The notes: generated from the sequence alone by a model not told the origin. Positions 27,595 through 37,946 are shown, counted from the stretch's first letter. The stretch: DNA of 64,000 nucleotides from an uncultured Marinoscillum sp. (GCA_902626505.1 CACOFQ010000005.1:3401-67400), one strand, 5' to 3'. Program-made: numbers and translations.

Positions 27595-27821
27595 AAAAGA
27601 TCATCAATTTTTCTTGCTAAATCGTGATCTTTTTTAGTTATAACTGAACCTTGGTCATGAGTACATAATGAAATTTCAACTTTATTATAAACATTATATA
27701 TTTCAGGATGATGATTATATTTTTCAGATATAATTGAAACTTTAGTAATAAATGAAGCAGCTTCAATAAAATCTTTAAATTGAAACTCTTTCTTTAATTT
27801 ATTATTATACTCTTTCCACAT
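27591..27821 (-). CDS. 4a-hydroxytetrahydrobiopterin (pterin-4a-carbinolamine) dehydratase
   Basis: YNHHPEIYNVYNKVEISLCTHD signature. 76 aa. Confidence 0.85.
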   Translation of the reverse strand: MWKEYNNKLKKEFQFKDFIEAASFITKVSIISEKYNHHPEIYNVYNKVEISLCTHDQGSVITKKDHDLARKIDDLL

Positions 27822-27823
27822 AA

Positions 27824-28081
27824 TTATAATGAAATAACACCTTTAATCTTTGAGGCTCTATCATAAATATAAAGTATTTCCGAAGAATTTTTCATAACTT
27901 CAGTTAAAGTAACAGATGTATATTTACCATTTTTAGATAGCTTTTCTTTAATTTTTGCGGTTGGAATAAGGCTTAGAATTTTATCTTTCTCTTGAGTAAG
28001 AATTATAAATTTAAAAGAAAATGATACTGGAAAGTCATACTCTTGCTCAAGAGTTTTTTTAAAACTTTCTAAATTTTTCAT
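27824..28081 (-). CDS. DUF493 (YbeD-like) small protein
   Basis: YDFPVSFSFKFI N-terminal pattern and size (85 aa). Confidence 0.5.
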   Translation of the reverse strand: MKNLESFKKTLEQEYDFPVSFSFKFIILTQEKDKILSLIPTAKIKEKLSKNGKYTSVTLTEVMKNSSEILYIYDRASKIKGVISL

Positions 28082-28084
28082 GGT

Positions 28085-30175
28085 CTAGAAAAATTTATAC
28101 CTTAAATCTTCAATTTTTGAGAATTCCTTTATTGCATTATCAATCTTTAAAGAATTTGCGAAAATATTTGCTTGAAGTAAAGATTTTCCATAATCTGAAT
28201 AGGACTGAAGTGAATCTGCCTGAACTAATCCATTGAGTTGAATAACTATTAATCCATCGTCAATTTTAATTGGTTTGGTTAATTCACCTTCATTCATTGA
28301 GAAGGTAACACCAATTGCTTCAGGAGTGAATCCAACATTTTGAATAGAATTAGAATTAAAATCTAAGTCATCCATACTATTAATATCACCTCCATCGTAT
28401 AAGTTTTTAATATCATCAAGAGATGAATAATTATCAAACATTTTAGAGAAATAATTAAACTTTTTTTCATCTAGAATTTTCTTTCGAACAGAAATCTCAA
28501 CATCATTTAATTTTTTTGTTCCTTCTTTAATTATATCACTTAAATATGAAACTACATAACTATCATTTAACTCAATAACATCAGAAACATCATTATTATA
28601 TCTATCATCATCATATGCCCAAAGAACAATGCTTCGTGCATCTGTTAAATTAGATATTGCTGTAGCATTCTTATCAATATTATTGACTGTCTGAAAGGAA
28701 TAATTATATTTATTAGCTATATCCTCAAATGATTCACTTGAATTTTGTGCTTCAATTTTAAACATTTCAGCATCTCTATAAATATTATTTCTAGTATTAT
28801 CACTAGGGATAATTTCTTTTAAGATAGTTGTAACAGCATATGATGTTTTGGTTTTTGGTTGAGTAACATAAATAATATGAAATCCAAATTCTGATTCAAT
28901 AATTCTAGGAATTAAACCAGATCTATTTCTAGAGAAAACAGCATCTTGAAAAGGCTTAACCATACTATCTTCAATAAACCAGCCTAAATCCCCCCCTAAA
29001 GATGCAGAACCATCTTCACTGTATGTTCTAGCTGTTTCATCAAAATCACTACCATTTCTTAAAAGAGATAAAATTCTTAAAGCTTCAGATCTTATCTCTT
29101 GTTTGTTTTGATCATTAAATTTTAATAAAATATGCTTTGCCCTTGCCTTGAATTTGTTATCCTGAACTATATCAGATAATTTATAAACTAGAACACCTTC
29201 ATCAGAGAAAATTATATCAGAAATATATCCTTTATCCCTTCCTACTAAAGCTTCAGGGAGTTGATCTACATTGAATTTTGTATATGGACTAAATCCTTCA
29301 GAATTTAATAAAGCGAAGGTTGAATCATTAATTTCTTCATTACTTAAACTAAGTTTAATATTATTTAAGTCAGAAATTACAAGTGTTGAATCCTCGGATG
29401 AAGGAGATAAAGGAAAATAAACAAAATCAATAGATCTTGATTCATTTTGTTTATAATCATCTTTATTTTTTCTAAGAAAGTTATTCATTTCAGAAGTTGA
29501 TACCTCAAATAAAGAGTCAGGAACCTTGTAAAACGGTAAATAATAATAAGATATATCTACAATATTTGAAGAATTGAAGTATTCTACTTGAGATTGTAAG
29601 GAATTAATAAATGTTGTTTGACTTAACAAATTATCATACTTAGTCCTTAACCTCATGGGTTTCAAGTTGGCTTCAAATGAAAACCAAGCCTGCTGTTGAT
29701 TTACTGGTTGACTAGATAAATTTTGAAGATATCCTATTACATTATCAACACTAAATGATCCGGTATTTGGATCTGTAAATGCTTGTAAAATCATTGGATG
29801 TATATTATCCCCCTGGACCATATCAACAGATTCATTATTAGTAACTGTTAGTCCAAGTTTATTATACTGATCATTATAACTAATATCATTTATTAATTTC
29901 TCCCAAGCCTGATCTCTAATTCCTACCATTTCTTGAGGACTTGGTGATCTACCATTATTCAAAGAAAAATTATAAGATAACTGTTCAAAAATTGTATTGA
30001 ACCTAATTAGATCAATTTCTTCTCCATTTATTTCACCTATTATATTTTCATTTTGACTTCCTATTGTAGAATTAGGTCCTAGTATATCACCTAATACAAA
30101 TGCAGCAATTGAGAAACCTACAACTACCACTAGGAATTTTCCCATTTTATCTCTTAGTGTACTAATTATTGCCAT
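28085..30175 (-). CDS. Membrane-anchored periplasmic chaperone / parvulin-type peptidyl-prolyl isomerase (PpiD/SurA-like)
   Basis: N-terminal TM anchor. Parvulin domain AKHILLKF...GGDLGWF...FGFHIIYV. 696 aa. Confidence 0.8.
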   Translation of the reverse strand: MAIISTLRDKMGKFLVVVVGFSIAAFVLGDILGPNSTIGSQNENIIGEINGEEIDLIRFNTIFEQLSYNFSLNNGRSPSPQEMVGIRDQAWEKLINDISYNDQYNKLGLTVTNNESVDMVQGDNIHPMILQAFTDPNTGSFSVDNVIGYLQNLSSQPVNQQQAWFSFEANLKPMRLRTKYDNLLSQTTFINSLQSQVEYFNSSNIVDISYYYLPFYKVPDSLFEVSTSEMNNFLRKNKDDYKQNESRSIDFVYFPLSPSSEDSTLVISDLNNIKLSLSNEEINDSTFALLNSEGFSPYTKFNVDQLPEALVGRDKGYISDIIFSDEGVLVYKLSDIVQDNKFKARAKHILLKFNDQNKQEIRSEALRILSLLRNGSDFDETARTYSEDGSASLGGDLGWFIEDSMVKPFQDAVFSRNRSGLIPRIIESEFGFHIIYVTQPKTKTSYAVTTILKEIIPSDNTRNNIYRDAEMFKIEAQNSSESFEDIANKYNYSFQTVNNIDKNATAISNLTDARSIVLWAYDDDRYNNDVSDVIELNDSYVVSYLSDIIKEGTKKLNDVEISVRKKILDEKKFNYFSKMFDNYSSLDDIKNLYDGGDINSMDDLDFNSNSIQNVGFTPEAIGVTFSMNEGELTKPIKIDDGLIVIQLNGLVQADSLQSYSDYGKSLLQANIFANSLKIDNAIKEFSKIEDLRYKFF

Positions 30176-30240
30176 ATTATATTAATTGGATGCCAAAATT
30201 AAATTTTTTATTAATAAATCTGAATCATTTACATATAAAT

Positions 30241-30387
30241 TTATTTCAGTAATTTATAGATAAATAAAATAATAAATGAAACCATAAAAAGAGCATATGA
30301 GTCTATAAAGCTCGTAGATATACTTAAGTAAATAGCATATAAAAATAAAACTATTCCAGAAATAAGAAGTAGAAATTTAGTTTTCAT
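30241..30387 (-). CDS. Unannotated 48-codon hydrophobic peptide (predicted two TM helices)
   Basis: Below the track's size cut-off. ATG at 30387-30385 overlaps the LptC-like stop by 11 nt. Translation: MKTKFLLLISGIVLFLYAIYLSISTSFIDSYALFMVSFIILFIYKLLK, then TAA (30243-30241). Confidence 0.35.
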   Translation of the reverse strand: MKTKFLLLISGIVLFLYAIYLSISTSFIDSYALFMVSFIILFIYKLLK

Positions 30388-30901
30388 CAACTTCAATAAT
30401 ACCAGAAGGCTTTAAAATTTCATAATTAGAAAAATCTTGGTTAGAAACCATTCCTTCCCCAGTATGCAATTCGTTACCTGTCTTAATTGTAACAAATTTA
30501 TCAGATGTAAACTTTTCATCATTTGGATACCAAAATAATTCTTCCGTTCTTAATTCATCACCAGTATTATAATTGAATAAGACCACATTACCAGTTGCTA
30601 AAAAATAATTCTCTTTTTCATATTTGATAACATAGTTAGCTTTAAATGAGGCTGAAACTGAATCATTATCTGTTGAAAAAATATCCATATACAAGCCTTT
30701 AGGGTATTTCTCTTCACCAGATTCAAAAACTTGATATATTTCTGACTTCAGCTTAAACTTAGCTTGAGCAGAGTCTGAATATAGGGTGTTTAAATCTTTT
30801 ATTTCAATTATAGGTCCCTTGTATTCTTCAACATTTCGAAGGGGATTATTTGTTGAACATGAAAAAAAACAGAATAACAATAATAGAGAAAAATAAGGCA
30901 T
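30377..30901 (-). CDS. LptC-like periplasmic lipoprotein
   Basis: Lipobox FCFFSCST. Beta-jellyroll-like repeat pattern with LFWYPNDEKFTSDKFVTIKTGNELHTGEGM resembling the LptC C-terminal half. Size 174 aa. Confidence 0.55.
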   Translation of the reverse strand: MPYFSLLLLFCFFSCSTNNPLRNVEEYKGPIIEIKDLNTLYSDSAQAKFKLKSEIYQVFESGEEKYPKGLYMDIFSTDNDSVSASFKANYVIKYEKENYFLATGNVVLFNYNTGDELRTEELFWYPNDEKFTSDKFVTIKTGNELHTGEGMVSNQDFSNYEILKPSGIIEVDEN

Positions 30902-32247
30902 TAATTTTCTTCATTTTTTTCAAGTAACTCCCTCAAATCCTTTACTATTTGTCTAATTTCATTTTGATCTTTCATCAGTTCAACTATATAATATTTAAGT
31001 TCAGATAATCCAGCTGAATTATCAATGACACCACCCTCAGGAGCAGAATTAATTTTTTCCATTACTGCTGGATCAATTACTGAATTGGAATTTGATGAAA
31101 TATTTGCAAGCTCTTCTTTTATTTCTTTTAAATCAGTTTGTACTGAATTATTTTCAATTTTTTTAGCTAGATCTTGATAAGTCTCTACTATTTCTTCCAA
31201 ATAATTTTCATCTATGGTAGAGACACTAGAATTATTTTTTTCCATTACTTTGGATAAATCTTTAAGTTCTTTAGACAAATCATTCCCTGATTTCCCAGTA
31301 TTTTTTTTAGAGTTATTGAGTATTTGATTAGATAAATCTTTGATTTCTTGAATTTCTTTAGAGGTAAATAACTTAAAATCTTCCAGCTCTTTTTTAGTTT
31401 CATTTTTAAAAGTATTCAACTCAGATCTAGAATCAGCCAAAGCTGTATTCGCTAAAAGTTGAAGAGAAAAGTTTCTAAGGTCATTTACATCATTTTTTAA
31501 ATCATCAATATAATAAACTAGACTATCTGAATCTAATGTCTCTTTTATCTGTTCATCTCTTTTCTGCAAATTAACGTTTGCTAAAGTAACTTGCCTTAAT
31601 AATTCAGTAGCAATATCAAGATTTTTTTTCAACTCAAGAACTTCTTCAGAATCTGATGGGTTCGGTATGGTATTATCTGAACTTAACGATTTCTCATCTA
31701 TTAAAGATGAAATTTTATCTAAAAACTCATCCTCATTTAAGGATTTTCCATCCTCTGATAACTGTGATGAAATTTGTTCTGATAATACTGAAAGGTCGTC
31801 TTGTAACTCAGAAAATTGACTAGAAACTTTAGAAATATCTCTTCCAAGAGACTGCAGATCCTCATTATATACGTTTGTATTGTCTTGAAGATCTGCTACA
31901 AAATCAACATTAGTTGCTAATATTCCTCTATCATCAGAGGATAGAGCTTTAGAAACAGAGCTTAAAGCACCAACCATAATTGACAGAATAATAGATACAA
32001 TAGAGAGCTGAAATGAAAAATGGGCAAAATTTTTATTTTTCTTTTTAAAAATTAGAAACCAATAAGACATGGCAATTAAACCAAATACAAATAACCCAAC
32101 AACTATCTGAAAAATATAATTGGAATATAATGGTATCAAAAAATCTTGAATAACAAATGCAATACCAGCATTTAGTGCTAGATTTTTTCCAAATAAGCGT
32201 AATACTGGCACACTTGAAATAAACTGATCTAAACTAAAATTTTTCAT
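30901..32247 (-). CDS. Membrane-anchored acidic coiled-coil protein, unknown function
   Basis: Three N-terminal hydrophobic helices, then about 330 aa rich in S/D/E/L/K/N with heptad-like periodicity. TAATG overlaps at both ends. Confidence 0.6.
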   Translation of the reverse strand: MKNFSLDQFISSVPVLRLFGKNLALNAGIAFVIQDFLIPLYSNYIFQIVVGLFVFGLIAMSYWFLIFKKKNKNFAHFSFQLSIVSIILSIMVGALSSVSKALSSDDRGILATNVDFVADLQDNTNVYNEDLQSLGRDISKVSSQFSELQDDLSVLSEQISSQLSEDGKSLNEDEFLDKISSLIDEKSLSSDNTIPNPSDSEEVLELKKNLDIATELLRQVTLANVNLQKRDEQIKETLDSDSLVYYIDDLKNDVNDLRNFSLQLLANTALADSRSELNTFKNETKKELEDFKLFTSKEIQEIKDLSNQILNNSKKNTGKSGNDLSKELKDLSKVMEKNNSSVSTIDENYLEEIVETYQDLAKKIENNSVQTDLKEIKEELANISSNSNSVIDPAVMEKINSAPEGGVIDNSAGLSELKYYIVELMKDQNEIRQIVKDLRELLEKNEEN

Positions 32248-33617
32248 TATCTTTTATTCAGAGTCACTGTTTCATTAATCCAGCATCCTGTATTCATAGA
32301 TTCTCCAACCTCAAGATTTTCATTGAAAATTTCTTCCATAGAAGGAAATTGTTCTCGAGCTTGATTTGCTTGATTAGATAGTCCGCCACTCTTGAAAATA
32401 TTATAAGCAGCTATAAATACTAATCTATCTTGAACTCTACTCTTTCCCTCTCTACAATCTTCATAAGATGCCATATATAAGTTACCTATGATCTTATATG
32501 CATCTGAATTAGAAGAGTTAAAAGATATTGATTTTCTTGCATTATCTCTAGACTTTACTTTATTTCCAATAACCTGATAAATTTGAGCTTTTCTCAAAAA
32601 CATTTCAGATTTTTGATCGTTATTATCGCCAGCACTTTCAATTGCAGCATCACAATACTCTAATGCAGATTCATAATTCTTAGTAGAGAGTTCTCTACTA
32701 GAAATAAATTTTGCAACTGCAAAATCCTTCTCATTAGTAAACATAATTTTAGCAGCTTCTAAAGCTATTTCTGATGATGTACATTTGCCAGTAATGCTAA
32801 GCTGGAATATTTTCTTAGCAAGATTAACAATTTCCTCAGAATAAGATATATCAACTGGTGTTAATGTCTCATAATCTGTTTGAGCAATTTCATCATTTGG
32901 CTGAGAAGTTAACTCAATAAGTTTTGGACCTAAAGTATTCTCAACAAAATTACAATCTACAGTTATTGTAGCCGTGAGTAATTTATCTAAATTATCTTGA
33001 TATTTTTTATATCTAACTTCATTTTTAGCATCATTTGATAGCTTAAATGATATAGTTTCAGAAATCATATCATAAATTTCTAAAACCTCATCATCTGATA
33101 TAGATTTTGATGTTAATTTATGCTTTCGCACAATATCCATATAAGCTACAAGGTTACTATTACCAATTTTATTACCATTTAATAAAAAAGCATCTTTAAA
33201 CATATTAAATAGAGACTCATATTGAGTCTTATCTGATCTGTAAAAAGTATAAGCAAAAGTTACTTTTCTATTTTTCACATAAGCCTCTCTGCCAAAATTT
33301 TCAATTCTACCATCAAATAAAATCAATGCTTTATTAATAAGTTCATTTTTTATTATTGGATCTTCTTCCTTGTCAATAAGACATCTATATATTTTTATGC
33401 CATTTTGATATATTGATACATGTAAACCTGGAACGTTTTCGATTAACCAATCAAGATGGATTTTTGCTTCATCACAATTTTGTTGTTTTAAGTAATCTGT
33501 ATATAAAACATTTTTTTCTTCAGCCTCTGATTTATTTTCAGGCCAATTCCACCCAGGTTGGGCAAGAATATTAAACGATACAAATAACACTAGAAGTGTT
33601 AAAAAAAACTTTTTCAT
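32247..33617 (-). CDS. Secreted helical-repeat (TPR-like) protein, unknown function
   Basis: Signal peptide MKKFFLTLLVLFVSFNILAQ (start taken at ATG 33617; the track start at 33635 is also possible). Helical repeat character with Y/A/L periodicity. Confidence 0.6.
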   Translation of the reverse strand: MKKFFLTLLVLFVSFNILAQPGWNWPENKSEAEEKNVLYTDYLKQQNCDEAKIHLDWLIENVPGLHVSIYQNGIKIYRCLIDKEEDPIIKNELINKALILFDGRIENFGREAYVKNRKVTFAYTFYRSDKTQYESLFNMFKDAFLLNGNKIGNSNLVAYMDIVRKHKLTSKSISDDEVLEIYDMISETISFKLSNDAKNEVRYKKYQDNLDKLLTATITVDCNFVENTLGPKLIELTSQPNDEIAQTDYETLTPVDISYSEEIVNLAKKIFQLSITGKCTSSEIALEAAKIMFTNEKDFAVAKFISSRELSTKNYESALEYCDAAIESAGDNNDQKSEMFLRKAQIYQVIGNKVKSRDNARKSISFNSSNSDAYKIIGNLYMASYEDCREGKSRVQDRLVFIAAYNIFKSGGLSNQANQAREQFPSMEEIFNENLEVGESMNTGCWINETVTLNKR

Positions 33618-33627
33618 AACAATAAAA

Positions 33628-34902
33628 TTAATCAAATTTTCTTTTAATAAACCAAATGTTGTTTATTGAGCTACCAATAATGAATTTTAAGTAGTTCTCT
33701 TTAATAGATATTTTATTAAGATTTCCCCTTTTTCCAGCTTCAATTCCAAAATTAACTCTTGATATGGTTCCTATTGGAAGTGACATTCCAAAAGTAATAG
33801 CAGAAGTGTTCAGCTGGTTGTCGTTAATTATTAATGGAGACTTTTTAAATAATAAACCTCCCCTGTAAGTAACTCTCCTAAAAAAACTATTTACATTTTC
33901 TGCATCAGGAATGATTTCAATTCCTGCAGATACTTGTAATGATTTTTTATAATCAGTATTAGCATAACCACTTTCTTCATTCCATTGTTGACTTCTTATC
34001 TCAAGACCTAAAGATAGTTTATCAATAATCTCATAAGAGATACCGAGTCCAAATTTAATAGGCAAAATAAATTGTGATATATCATTATTAAAAATAGTAT
34101 CAATTACCAGTACGGTTAATGAATTTGGAATTCTTCTTTCAAGCTGAGAGAATCTTTTTGCTTCTAAAGAATTATTAAAGTCATATGTAAGACCTATTTT
34201 TAAATATTTATCAGTGTTAATTTCTTTTCGATAAAACATACCCATCTGAAATGCAAAATCTTTAAACGAGGATTTTTCATAAAGATTTGAATAAAATTGT
34301 GGTTCATTCGAAATTTTTGATGAGATGTTACTAGAAAGATTACCAAAAATGTAGGATCCTTTAAAACCAATAGAAAATTCATCACCTAATTTAAATCCAT
34401 TCGAAAAATAAACTTGAGATAATCCTCCATTACCTTCATAATTATAATTAACAATTGACGATGTTAAACTTCCATCAACTCCCAATATTAGTTCTTCAGA
34501 AAAAAGTTTATAATTTGTGTTACTGTACGGATTAAATCCAAATGAAGTAACCCATTTTCCTCCTTTTATAATTGGGACTCCAAATCCCATATAATTTATA
34601 TTTCCATTGCCTGATATATCTTTAGTCTCATTATTAACTAATTGCCTAACATCAGATGCAATACCCATTTCGAAAGTAGTAAACCTATTATAAACAAGAG
34701 CAGCTGGATTTTGATTATTTAAGTGCCAGTATGAACCATTACTTATTCCTACTCCACCCATTCCCAGATTATTTGAAAATGAATTATCAGATAATTCACC
34801 AATTGGTATAAGGGAACTAAAAGGGGTCGTTACCTGAGAATAGGATACTTTAATTAGAAAAAAAAAGTATATTAGAAATGATTTAATGGGAATTCTGTGC
34901 AT
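33628..34902 (-). CDS. Outer-membrane beta-barrel protein (porin/FadL-like), unknown function
   Basis: ATG at 34902 gives the signal peptide MHRIPIKSFLIYFFFLIKVSYSQ. Alternating beta-strand pattern and a C-terminal aromatic (…FIKRKFD). The track start at 35004 would overlap anmK. Confidence 0.6.
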   Translation of the reverse strand: MHRIPIKSFLIYFFFLIKVSYSQVTTPFSSLIPIGELSDNSFSNNLGMGGVGISNGSYWHLNNQNPAALVYNRFTTFEMGIASDVRQLVNNETKDISGNGNINYMGFGVPIIKGGKWVTSFGFNPYSNTNYKLFSEELILGVDGSLTSSIVNYNYEGNGGLSQVYFSNGFKLGDEFSIGFKGSYIFGNLSSNISSKISNEPQFYSNLYEKSSFKDFAFQMGMFYRKEINTDKYLKIGLTYDFNNSLEAKRFSQLERRIPNSLTVLVIDTIFNNDISQFILPIKFGLGISYEIIDKLSLGLEIRSQQWNEESGYANTDYKKSLQVSAGIEIIPDAENVNSFFRRVTYRGGLLFKKSPLIINDNQLNTSAITFGMSLPIGTISRVNFGIEAGKRGNLNKISIKENYLKFIIGSSINNIWFIKRKFD

Positions 34903-34969
34903 TATCAATTTAATAATTAAATGCAAAGATGCATTCTTTAGATCATAAAAAAAAAATTTAATTCTAAGC

Positions 34970-36040
34970 ATGAAAAACAATAAATATAATGTCATAGGCA
35001 TCATGTCAGGAACCTCATGTGATGGGCTGGATATAGCACATTGTTTATTTTATAAAAAAAATAATTACTGGATATTCGAGTTAATTAATTGTATTGAGAT
35101 TCCATATCCAAAACAAATAAAAGATAGACTTTTAAATTGTAGCCATCTTGATGGCTTATCACTAAAAATTTTAGATTTAGATCTAGGTGAGTTTTTCAGA
35201 GATGAAATAAGTAAATTTATCAAAATCTCAAAAAGCCAATTCGATTTAATTTCTAGCCATGGACACACAGTATTTCATGAACCAAAAAAAAAACTAAGTT
35301 ATCAAATAGGAAACCCCTTGATCATGTATAATTCATTAAGAATTCCAGTTGTATTTAATTTTAGAGAATTAGATGTCATAATGGGAGGAGAAGGGGCACC
35401 TCTTGTTCCATATGGAGATAAAGAGCTATTCAATGAATTTGATTATTGTATTAATATCGGAGGTATTTTAAATATTAGCAAGTTATATGATAAAGAATTA
35501 ATTGGATATGATATATGTCCAGCAAATATTATACTAAATAAATTTTCAAGAGAATTAAATGAAGAATATGATATTGATGGAAGACTATCTCTTTCTGGAA
35601 ATTTTGATGCTAATTTATTTAAAAAACTTAACTCAATTCGTTACTATAAAGATGATTTACCAAAAAGCCTCGATATTAATTTTATTGAAAAAAATTATTA
35701 TCCATTTTTTTTAAACAAAGACCCCAAGGATATCCTTAATACATATGTAAATCATATAGGATACCAAGTCAATAATGCAATTAAAAAGAAAAAATCAAGA
35801 ATATTACTAACTGGCGGAGGAGCATTTAATAACCATATTTTAAAAAAAATTAATCATTATAATAAACTTGATCATAAATTTATCGTTCCAAGTAAAAAAA
35901 TTGTTATTTTTAAAGAAGCAATAGTATTTGCATTCTTGGGACTTCAGAGATTTTTAAAAAACAAGAATGTAATCAAGTCCGTTACAGGGTCTAACTTCTC
36001 AAGCTCCTCAGGACTTATTGTTGAAAATAAAATTATTTAG
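34970..36040 (+). CDS. anmK: Anhydro-N-acetylmuramic acid kinase
   Basis: VIGIMSGTSCDGLDIA N-terminus, DVIMGGEGAPLVP, LLTGGGAFN motifs. Confidence 0.9.
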   Translation: MKNNKYNVIGIMSGTSCDGLDIAHCLFYKKNNYWIFELINCIEIPYPKQIKDRLLNCSHLDGLSLKILDLDLGEFFRDEISKFIKISKSQFDLISSHGHTVFHEPKKKLSYQIGNPLIMYNSLRIPVVFNFRELDVIMGGEGAPLVPYGDKELFNEFDYCINIGGILNISKLYDKELIGYDICPANIILNKFSRELNEEYDIDGRLSLSGNFDANLFKKLNSIRYYKDDLPKSLDINFIEKNYYPFFLNKDPKDILNTYVNHIGYQVNNAIKKKKSRILLTGGGAFNNHILKKINHYNKLDHKFIVPSKKIVIFKEAIVFAFLGLQRFLKNKNVIKSVTGSNFSSSSGLIVENKII

Positions 36041-36042
36041 AT

Positions 36043-37473
36043 ATGTACGAATTAATGTTAGTAGTTTTTATCCTTGGATATGCCTGTATAACAATAGAGC
36101 ATCAACTAAAAGTGGATAAAGCTGCTATTGCTTTAGTTACTGGTGTTCTATGTTGGACAATTTATGTTTTTGGAAAGGAAGAGATTGTCCAAATCGATAA
36201 TATAAAGAATTATGCTGAAGAGGAGTTTAGCAACATCTATCCTGATGAAATTGTTGAAACTACTCAGGATGTAGGAAAATCAACAAAAGAAATTATTCAG
36301 CATTACGTAACTGAAGTACAGCTTTTCGAAATATTATCTGAGATTTCAAGTATTCTCTTCTTTTTAATGGGTGCAATGACAATTGTAGAAATTATAGACA
36401 TTCATGGAGGATTTAGAGTCGTTACTGATAGAATCAAAACAACAAGTAAACTAAAATTATTTTGGATACTAGGATTTATTTCTTTCTTCTTCTCTGCACT
36501 TCTTGATAACCTCACTACTTCGATTATTATGGTTTCTTTGACCAGAAAATTTATCGCTGATCAAAAAGACAGATGGTTCTTTCTTGGGATGATAATTATT
36601 GCTGCAAATGCTGGAGGAGCTTGGTCTCCAATAGGAGATGTAACCACAACTATGTTATGGATAGGTGACCAAATAACTACCTATGAGGTTGTCACAAAAT
36701 TAATTATGCCAAGTTTAGTGTGTCTAATCGTGCCGCTAATTATAATGTCACCAAAAGTAAAAGGTACTTTTCAAAGGCCTGACACCGATAAAATGGAAGT
36801 ATCACATCATACAACAGACAGAACGAGAAATATTGTTTTTTACAGTGGTGTAGCAGGACTTGTTTTTGTTCCTGCATTTAAGTCTATAACACATTACCCT
36901 CCTTTCATGGGAATGATGTTAAGTCTTGGATTCCTTTGGCTTCTAACTGATTTATTACATATAAAAGATAATAAAGAGGATAAAAGATATTTTTCCGCAT
37001 ATCACGCATTAGAAAAAATGGATGTTCCTACCTTACTGTTTTTTCTTGGAATTCTACTTGCTGTAGGTAGCCTTCAAGCTGCTGGACACTTAGGACAGAT
37101 GGCAGTATTTTTGGATAATGAGGTTGGGACTGACACAACAAATGGTGTATATACAATTGGTTTAATTATTGGTCTTCTATCTGCTCTCGTAGATAATGTA
37201 CCATTAGTTGCTGCTGCAATTGGAATGTATCCTCTCGAGATTGGGGGGGTTGGTTTCTTTGCTCAAGACGGGTTATTTTGGCAGTTTCTTGCTTACTGTG
37301 CTGGAACAGGCGGAAGTGCACTTATTATAGGTTCTGCTGCAGGTGTTGCAATAATGGGACTTGAAAAAATACCTTTCTTCTGGTACTTCAAAAAAATATC
37401 ATTTTATGCTGTAGTAGGTTACTTTTGTGGAGCAGGTGCATATCTACTTCAAAACATGCTATTAGGAGTTTAA
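36043..37473 (+). CDS. nhaD: NhaD-type Na+/H+ antiporter (ArsB/NhaD permease superfamily)
   Basis: About 12 TM helices. ALLDNLTTSIIMVSL and SALVDNVPLVAA repeated motifs typical of NhaD. Confidence 0.8.
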   Translation: MYELMLVVFILGYACITIEHQLKVDKAAIALVTGVLCWTIYVFGKEEIVQIDNIKNYAEEEFSNIYPDEIVETTQDVGKSTKEIIQHYVTEVQLFEILSEISSILFFLMGAMTIVEIIDIHGGFRVVTDRIKTTSKLKLFWILGFISFFFSALLDNLTTSIIMVSLTRKFIADQKDRWFFLGMIIIAANAGGAWSPIGDVTTTMLWIGDQITTYEVVTKLIMPSLVCLIVPLIIMSPKVKGTFQRPDTDKMEVSHHTTDRTRNIVFYSGVAGLVFVPAFKSITHYPPFMGMMLSLGFLWLLTDLLHIKDNKEDKRYFSAYHALEKMDVPTLLFFLGILLAVGSLQAAGHLGQMAVFLDNEVGTDTTNGVYTIGLIIGLLSALVDNVPLVAAAIGMYPLEIGGVGFFAQDGLFWQFLAYCAGTGGSALIIGSAAGVAIMGLEKIPFFWYFKKISFYAVVGYFCGAGAYLLQNMLLGV

Positions 37474-37946
37474 TTAGTATAATTCAACATCATAAGTAAA
37501 CTTTTGGCAGATTCCAATCCCTTATCACCATATTTCCCTCCACATCTATCAATTGCTTGACTCATATTATTAGTAGTTAATACGCCAAAAATAACTGGCT
37601 TATTATACTTTAAAGATACATTTACAAGACCATTTGCTACTGCATATGAAATATACTTGTCATGATCTGTCTCGCCTTTAATAATACATCCTAGAGCAAT
37701 AATCCCGTCAATATCTTTATTATTATTTAGAATAGTATTAGACCCATGAATTAACTCCATACTTCCTGGAACATTTTTAGTTAAAATTTTTTGATCTTCT
37801 AACCCAACATTTTTAAGAAAATTATATGAAGATTGATAAAGTAAATCAGTTATATCTTTGTTCCATAGTGATCTCACTATACCTATTCTAATCTTTTTAT
37901 AATTTATATTATCGAATGAATCGAAACTTGGAGAATCAAAACTCAT
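37470..37946 (-). CDS. ribH: 6,7-dimethyl-8-ribityllumazine synthase
   Basis: IGIVRSLWN, VPGSMELI, ALGCIIKGETDHDKYI motifs. Confidence 0.95.
   Translation of the reverse strand: MSFDSPSFDSFDNINYKKIRIGIVRSLWNKDITDLLYQSSYNFLKNVGLEDQKILTKNVPGSMELIHGSNTILNNNKDIDGIIALGCIIKGETDHDKYISYAVANGLVNVSLKYNKPVIFGVLTTNNMSQAIDRCGGKYGDKGLESAKSLLMMLNYTN

Noticed and set aside
34903-35004. 34-codon N-terminal extension of the beta-barrel gene given by the track
   Set aside because: The extension overlaps the anmK start and precedes a textbook signal peptide that begins at the internal ATG 34902.
35284-35293. A10 homopolymer in anmK (and similar A/T runs elsewhere) as phase-variation switches
   Set aside because: Poly-A/T runs encoding Lys or Phe are frequent throughout this AT-rich genome. 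Nothing singles these out, and anmK is not a typical contingency gene.
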